A stretch of 64,000 bases of DNA from a virus (Duplodnaviria > Caudoviricetes): the IMG/VR virus record IMGVR_UViG_3300032290_001460, positions 1 to 64,000 of that record; one strand, 5' to 3'. The position numbers were made by a program, and so were the translations under genes. The notes beneath the pieces are model-generated. The model ran no database searches, had not been told where the DNA came from, and saw only the letters and a list, made by a program, of their open reading frames with translations. Shown piece by piece: positions 57,987 to 64,000 of the stretch; the first letter of the stretch is position 1; each line of letters opens with the position of its first letter.

Positions 57987-60900
57987 ATGACGGGTAGGAG
58001 TATCCCTCGCCGATATTCAAAAATAAATCAGAACACGAAGACTACTTCGCGTATTGAAAAGTCTGCTGTCCATTTTCGTTCTTTGCAGGAATTTTCGGCT
58101 ACTAAACCTTTCATGGACCCAACTATTTCTGTCAAGGTTCTTGGCGATGGTCTGAAATCTTCTGGGTCCGGCGATGGCAAGGAACGTACTAGTGGGCCTG
58201 ATGGCGACGAATATGATGGTCCTGTAATTAAACTTGACTGGAATCCTCGTGCGAAGAGGAAACCTGGTCAGATTTTGAAACTGCATGCTTCTTATAGGGA
58301 GTTGACTTCCAAAGAGGGAGCGAAGTGGGGTTGGGTGGACCCTCCTAAGGAAGTTAGTGCTGAAGATAGTGCAAGATTTTTACAGCAAGCAATTGAATGG
58401 AAGAAAAAACAACCAAAAGCAGTTTTAAAATTATATAAAAATACTTCTCATGGCACGCATGAATTGGAGCCAGTTAAAGAAATTAATATTAAGACTTTGG
58501 CTGAGTCTTTCAATTTTGAAAACTCACAAGATTTTTATTCAGGAAATTTTCATAATGCTCTTTCAGAAATCCCTCTCGAATTTAAACAATTAGGGCAAAC
58601 TATCGGACAAATTTTGCCTGGTCAACGAATTGACTTGGCTCGTGCTGTTAGTCGGGGATTAATAGTAGACGCAAACGGTAAATTCAGGTGTCCTTCAGGG
58701 ACTCCAAATGCCAACCAATTCACTGACTTGGACATGTCTAACTGCTCAACGTTTAGTCCAAAGAAAATTGCTGGAAGATTAGACAGGGCTATTAGTCGGT
58801 TTGAGGCTTGGAAGGAAGAGGGCCTAAGACTAGCGGACGAACGAGACATGATTGACTCTATTAACCCGCGTTTCCAAAGAGCCAAAAAAAATTATACGAC
58901 CCTTGACCGTAATAGGGAAATTGAAGAACGTTCTCAAGACATTATTAAAACTATTTTAAATATGCCAGAACTTCGCCAGTTCTTGTTGGATAATGGCTTT
59001 GACCCAAGTGATGACACTACCGTAAATAATGCTGATTTATTTGCATATATCATGCTGTACGATAAGACGTTTGAAAGTCAACCCGATGCATTAGACCGCC
59101 AATTATCAAGAATTGAAGGACTGTTTGGAGATGCTTTGGTTTGGGAACCAGTTCTTGATAGCCAAGGTAACCCCGTTATGGATAGCCAAGGTAACCCCGT
59201 TATGAAGGCACGACCTTTTAAATATGATAGGAATAAAAACTTTAAAGAAAATATGGCGGACTATCGTGAAGCCGTAGGGAATACAATACTTTCGATAATT
59301 GGTGACCAGAGACTTACTTCAGGTAAAAGTTTGAGCGATGCTCTAAAAAATTATAAAAACCCCACTCATCCTTTGCATTCCCAGTATCTCGAAGCAAAAG
59401 TGATTTTGGATAATTTTATGTTGACGCACGAGATGGTGCAACGTGGAACATTGATGACGTATGCTCAACATTCCGTAGAAAACCCTGAACAATTCGGGAT
59501 AATAACCAAATTTGAAGCGTTTATGCCGGAGCACGTTACACCTGGGGCTCCAGTCGACGACGAAACCATTGCAGCATTCTGGGCCATTGAGGGTGAGATG
59601 GCCTCTGGGGCTGGCATGGGTTACCAGACTGCAAAAATTATGCGCTCCAATACTTTTCAAATGATGTTCTCCCCCTTTATAGATATGCGTGCTCTTGCTC
59701 AAATTACGGAGCCAACTCCAGAAAATCCTTATGGATTGACAGCAAAACTAGATTTTCAGTCACAGGGGAACGTTGAACTTTCTCTTCAAGAGAAAATGCA
59801 ACTTTGGAGTCAAATGCTCAACCAGATTCAAGATGCTGACACTTTTGCCAGAATGCTTCGACAACAAGCGCGAACAGATGAAGAAAAGATGTTCGTACAA
59901 TTACAAGAACAAGTTAAGCAAAGACAAGAGCAACTAGGTCGAATTTTTGTTGGTGCTGAATTACAAAATGAACTACGCAATATAGCCAAAAGAATGGGCA
60001 TTAGCGAGGATGCTGCTTCTAGGATGTGGTATCAATTCTCCAAAGCATCAAATATGTTTGCCAACGACTTGTCTGCTTCAAGAATAACAGAACTAAATGG
60101 TGGAATGAGTTTCAATCTTGCCCTTCAGGCCAAAGCGCGACATGTCGCATGGCACGAAATAGGACATTCACTGCAATATTATTCGGCTGGTAAAAGAATT
60201 CAAGAATTTGTTGACGCCGAAGGGGGCTTTCCTTTATTCAGAGACGGAAAATTAATTAGAGAATTAGGGCCGGATACAACGCAATGGACTAACGACGACT
60301 GGCGAATGGCTGTCAATAGTTTAGTACTAGACGCCCCACAACTTATTACTCAATGGCCTCCTGATGGTGTTGGTAAATTTGAAGAAAAAATGCTCCATCT
60401 TCTTTCTGGAGCATATTATCAAAATGAAATAAAAGACTTTTGGAAAAATCCTTCTAGCGTGAGTCCCAAATTGGCCGTTGCTTTAACGGAAGCGCACGTT
60501 GAACTCTATGCTCTCAAAAAAATGGGCGTCATAGAAGGTGATGATATAGATACTACTTTAGAGTATTTTGAAAATATTATTCCATCACGGGGGTATAGGT
60601 CTCCTCCCGCCCCCATATCACCGAACCCTCCACCGCAACCACCTGCTCCTCCAGGTCCTCCTGCTCCTCCAGGTCCTCCAGGCCCTCCAGGTCCTCCAGG
60701 CCCTCCAGGCCCTCCAACACCACCAACACCACCAACACCACCAACACCACCAGGTGGTGGTCGCACCGTGACTATTGGTGGCGATAATACTGGAATCGTC
60801 AATCTTGGCGATAATGTAACAATTGAGACCGGCGACACATTTGTTGTCGGCGACATTATCATTGATGGCAAAAAAATTGACCCAGATAACATTACTATCA

Positions 60901-63900
60901 ACATTAATGTGACATATGTTTATCCTTCAGGTGGCGGGGAAGAGCCAGACAAGCCGAAAATTGATATTGAAGTTGTAGATACGGATGGTCAACCACCAGT
61001 TCCTGAAGATTTATGGCCTCGTATTGCGAGTCATATATCAGAAGACCAAGCAACGCAATGGGAACATGCACCTCGCGCCAAAACTAGAGTTGGACGAGAT
61101 AGGTCTCGTATTAAAGACTGGACTGATGAGGTTTTTGGTTTAACTTCAGAAGACAAAGAAGTTGGTGGTGCTGGAGACGAGACAGGGGATGCTTTTGGTC
61201 AGACAAAAGCATATTCAGAGATGACGCCAGAACAACTAGATGCTCGTTTTGAAAAAATTAAATCTGAGACAGACAAACTATTGGAACGCTCCAAGACTGA
61301 GCCGTTGTCGGAAAATGAACAAGCAAAACTGTGGCTTGGGTTAAAGAGTCTACGTTACCTTTTGCACGTAAATCGTGAACGTTCCCATATGACGGACGAA
61401 AAACGTGCCAAGGCTGAAGAGCGTGGATACAAGACTAAGCCAGGAAAATACATGTCAAAGGCTGATGGGACATACCCACCAAGCAGAGTGTCTAAGTGGA
61501 AGTATCGTACTGCCCTTGAACGCCATGCTGCGGCTGGTGGTGTAGAGATTTCTGAACTTGACGAAGATGAGTTAGTTCACTGGCTTCGCGAGATTGGGGC
61601 TCATGCTGGTTCTAATTTTGATGGTCGTCCTGGTTTTGATGCTTCTAGTTCACCTTATGAAAAAGGTAAGTTGCGTGAAAAAGCAAACTTTATAACTTCC
61701 GCTGATGCGGAAGCCGATGTTGATGACGCGACTACTCCTTCTGCCGCTACCGTCGCCCCATCAACTACAGGAACCCCAGACGTTGACGCTCCTGATTCTG
61801 CTACGCCTTCTGCCAGTAGTCCTAGTAAGAAACCTAGAAAGCCAAAAGTTACTGGAAAAACAAGCCCTAAGGAATGGGGTAAAAAAGAACGTGATTTCAT
61901 TCTTGAATGGCAGGCTGGAAGTGTTGGCGAATTCTTGGGAGGTGACGAGCCAATCAATGAACGTGAATCTTTTGGCATCCTCTTGGGTGCGTTTAATGAA
62001 GAAGGTATGAGTTCGCTAATACGTCGTTCGTACGAGGCAAGAAAGAAATATATAGAAGGTACCGATAAGCGCCCAAGTAAACCTAGCCCAAATGAAACTT
62101 CTCCTTATATAGATGAAGAAATTACTGAAGTTATTGCTCCCATGTTAAGACTTTTGGACGAAACACAAATTTCGGAAGACATTGAAATTCATTATGTTAT
62201 TCCTAGTGAGTTGGGGGCAGACGTTGGTACTGGGGAAATAATGGAAGTCGGCAGTTTGACTAGAGGAAAAATTATTGATGCAGAATCCTCTGTTGACATG
62301 GGTAGCAGTGAACTATCTGCTTCTACTCGTGTGAAGATAATTGTTCCTGCTGGTTCCCGTGGAATGCCTGACAAGAACTCTCATAACGGTGATATTGATG
62401 ACATTATTCTTCCACCCGGAAGTTTTGTTATCGTTGACGTAGACAGTGATGGAACAATCACTGCGATACCTCATTATCAGAAAAGTGCCCCAGAAGTTCT
62501 AGAAGCGATGCTTGATGACTTGCGTGAACTCCCTGCTCCAGAAAACGAGTTAGAACGTTTAGAACGTGAACGTATCGCTATAGCGATTAATGATGCCAGA
62601 GCAGCAAAACCAGCAGGCGGAAGAATTAGTAATCGCGATGGTGCGGGCATACCTGGTGCTCCGGACGAGTCGCAAGTTCCTGATGATTTTGCTGAAAGTT
62701 CACGTTCACAACGCGGTGTTAGTAAAACTGCAATTCAGCAAAATAGAATGAAGTCAAGAAATATTGACGCCTTGAATTCACAAAAAAAATCAGGAAGTCA
62801 ACCATTCGCGCAAAACGAGAGTTTTGTCTCTTTGTCAACCATTAGTCCCGAGTATGAAAAAATAGGGATGTATATAAGCCCTGTCGAGGTCCAATCCAGA
62901 CAAAAGCAAATTGATTCTGCTGTAGCAAATATTACAGAATATAGTTCTCAACTCAAGAAATTAATCGAAAATCCAGATGCCGACTTTCTTGAACTAAAAG
63001 ATTCAGTCCCTCCTGATGTTTTTGAATTTGTTTCAAAAGCAACACCAGAAGAATTGAATAATATTGTATCTAGCACTTTATTTGATTTCCATAAAGGTTT
63101 TGATGACCGGGTGCACGTCCCTATTCAGGTTTCTGGTTTTGATGACGTAATGAAATTTGGTCGAGTTCGTCCAATAACTGAAATCAACCCAGACAGTAAT
63201 GTTTCTCGTATGCGTTCTGCACGCGAGTTAAGCATTGGCATATCCCCAATAGCAGAATCGCGAGCGAGAACAGTTGATGGATATTTGCGCCATACTTCAC
63301 ACCAGGATGCAATTCAACAACACTTAGACTCTTTGCCTCCTTCTGCAGTGAAAAGAAATATTAACAACTTTTTAGATACAGAAGAATTTTCTCCATTTGG
63401 AGATATTCGCAAAGGCGACGCCTCTATAGATTTAGTACTATTCCCAGAAGTATCTCGTCGCTCTGGATATGTTCGAGGCGACTTTATGCGCTCAGGCAAC
63501 ATCCCGACACCTATCCTCTCCGAATCTATGGATGATGTCAGTGCCGCACATATGTCATTGTCTGATTTGGGGCCATCCGATAGAAATGCCAAGTTGAAAC
63601 AAATTTTTGATGTTGTTGATAGCAATCTGACTGGCAAGAATAGTAAATTATTTTCTAGTTCTAGTAGTAGAGGTAAATTACAGAGCGATAAGTTTGATGC
63701 AGTTGTTCCTAATGGCGTCGACTTTGATGAAGTTTCAGAAATCAAAATACCTAATCGTATTCTTGATACAAGTAAATTTACTTTGTCTATTGACGAAATA
63801 GGTGGGGTTGACATGTTGAAGGAGAACGGTTTTTCTCCAAAAGATAGAGAACTCTTATTAGCGAAGATTAATTCTGGTGAGATTAAATTAAATAATGCAA

Positions 63901-64000
63901 AATGGCTTGTAGAACACCGTGCGGCAAAAGAATGGCAGGACGGTTTCCGTCAACGATTCGGAAGTACTACGGCATTAACGTTCACAAACCCTGATGGTGT
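57987..64000 (+). CDS. Giant (>2000 aa) multidomain protein, truncated by window: zincin HExxH, Pro-rich linker, degenerate ART-like segment
   Basis: GGAG RBS then ATG at 57987 (MTGRSIPRR...). Same frame at all spot checks to the window end, and its absence from the ORF track fits having no stop. KFRCPSGTPNANQFTD at ~58680, HEIGH at 60153-60167. Confidence 0.8.
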   Translation, partial: MTGRSIPRRYSKINQNTKTTSRIEKSAVHFRSLQEFSATKPFMDPTISVKVLGDGLKSSGSGDGKERTSGPDGDEYDGPVIKLDWNPRAKRKPGQILKLHASYRELTSKEGAKWGWVDPPKEVSAEDSARFLQQAIEWKKKQPKAVLKLYKNTSHGTHELEPVKEINIKTLAESFNFENSQDFYSGNFHNALSEIPLEFKQLGQTIGQILPGQRIDLARAVSRGLIVDANGKFRCPSGTPNANQFTDLDMSNCSTFSPKKIAGRLDRAISRFEAWKEEGLRLADERDMIDSINPRFQRAKKNYTTLDRNREIEERSQDIIKTILNMPELRQFLLDNGFDPSDDTTVNNADLFAYIMLYDKTFESQPDALDRQLSRIEGLFGDALVWEPVLDSQGNPVMDSQGNPVMKARPFKYDRNKNFKENMADYREAVGNTILSIIGDQRLTSGKSLSDALKNYKNPTHPLHSQYLEAKVILDNFMLTHEMVQRGTLMTYAQHSVENPEQFGIITKFEAFMPEHVTPGAPVDDETIAAFWAIEGEMASGAGMGYQTAKIMRSNTFQMMFSPFIDMRALAQITEPTPENPYGLTAKLDFQSQGNVELSLQEKMQLWSQMLNQIQDADTFARMLRQQARTDEEKMFVQLQEQVKQRQEQLGRIFVGAELQNELRNIAKRMGISEDAASRMWYQFSKASNMFANDLSASRITELNGGMSFNLALQAKARHVAWHEIGHSLQYYSAGKRIQEFVDAEGGFPLFRDGKLIRELGPDTTQWTNDDWRMAVNSLVLDAPQLITQWPPDGVGKFEEKMLHLLSGAYYQNEIKDFWKNPSSVSPKLAVALTEAHVELYALKKMGVIEGDDIDTTLEYFENIIPSRGYRSPPAPISPNPPPQPPAPPGPPAPPGPPGPPGPPGPPGPPTPPTPPTPPTPPGGGRTVTIGGDNTGIVNLGDNVTIETGDTFVVGDIIIDGKKIDPDNITININVTYVYPSGGGEEPDKPKIDIEVVDTDGQPPVPEDLWPRIASHISEDQATQWEHAPRAKTRVGRDRSRIKDWTDEVFGLTSEDKEVGGAGDETGDAFGQTKAYSEMTPEQLDARFEKIKSETDKLLERSKTEPLSENEQAKLWLGLKSLRYLLHVNRERSHMTDEKRAKAEERGYKTKPGKYMSKADGTYPPSRVSKWKYRTALERHAAAGGVEISELDEDELVHWLREIGAHAGSNFDGRPGFDASSSPYEKGKLREKANFITSADAEADVDDATTPSAATVAPSTTGTPDVDAPDSATPSASSPSKKPRKPKVTGKTSPKEWGKKERDFILEWQAGSVGEFLGGDEPINERESFGILLGAFNEEGMSSLIRRSYEARKKYIEGTDKRPSKPSPNETSPYIDEEITEVIAPMLRLLDETQISEDIEIHYVIPSELGADVGTGEIMEVGSLTRGKIIDAESSVDMGSSELSASTRVKIIVPAGSRGMPDKNSHNGDIDDIILPPGSFVIVDVDSDGTITAIPHYQKSAPEVLEAMLDDLRELPAPENELERLERERIAIAINDARAAKPAGGRISNRDGAGIPGAPDESQVPDDFAESSRSQRGVSKTAIQQNRMKSRNIDALNSQKKSGSQPFAQNESFVSLSTISPEYEKIGMYISPVEVQSRQKQIDSAVANITEYSSQLKKLIENPDADFLELKDSVPPDVFEFVSKATPEELNNIVSSTLFDFHKGFDDRVHVPIQVSGFDDVMKFGRVRPITEINPDSNVSRMRSARELSIGISPIAESRARTVDGYLRHTSHQDAIQQHLDSLPPSAVKRNINNFLDTEEFSPFGDIRKGDASIDLVLFPEVSRRSGYVRGDFMRSGNIPTPILSESMDDVSAAHMSLSDLGPSDRNAKLKQIFDVVDSNLTGKNSKLFSSSSSRGKLQSDKFDAVVPNGVDFDEVSEIKIPNRILDTSKFTLSIDEIGGVDMLKENGFSPKDRELLLAKINSGEIKLNNAKWLVEHRAAKEWQDGFRQRFGSTTALTFTNPDG
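59157..59204 (+). repeat. Perfect 24-nt tandem duplication (DSQGNPVM x2)
   Basis: GATAGCCAAGGTAACCCCGTTATG twice. Confidence 0.9.

Noticed and set aside
60599-60755. True collagen domain in the last ORF
   Set aside because: Only a few GPP triplets are embedded in PPA/PPT tracts, so it is better read as a Pro-rich linker.

Overview
This window is a segment of a large myovirus-type (contractile-tail) dsDNA phage genome, read in the standard genetic code. The host cannot be established from sequence. The minus strand (40122->1) carries, in transcription order: TerL with a class-3-type intein; a recombination/nuclease block (Rad52/Sak-like annealase, Cas4/RecB-like nuclease, HNH, RuvC, UvsY-like); dCMP deaminase; ParB-like proteins and an IbrA/IbrB-like PAPS-reductase+ParB pair; then neck, sheath, tube, chaperone, tape measure, baseplate, holin and fibre genes. 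The plus strand (40.2 kb->end) carries the portal, a 4421-aa protein starting with an HK97-type prohead protease, an acidic PepSY-containing protein, and a >2000-aa ORF (57987->end) missing from the ORF track. The most striking observation is that the protease-fused giant protein is punctuated by 11 copies of an S-[RK]-S-x-[RK] motif (one copy has Leu at position 2). The motif is conserved at protein level but not DNA level, delimits mostly ~230-410-aa modules, and recurs in the downstream giant ORF. The two giants also share a K-(A/Q)LG leader junction and a 24-aa Gly/Asn beta-motif. This looks like a capsid-loaded, proteolytically processed cargo-polyprotein system. All family assignments come from motif recognition by eye, not database searches.
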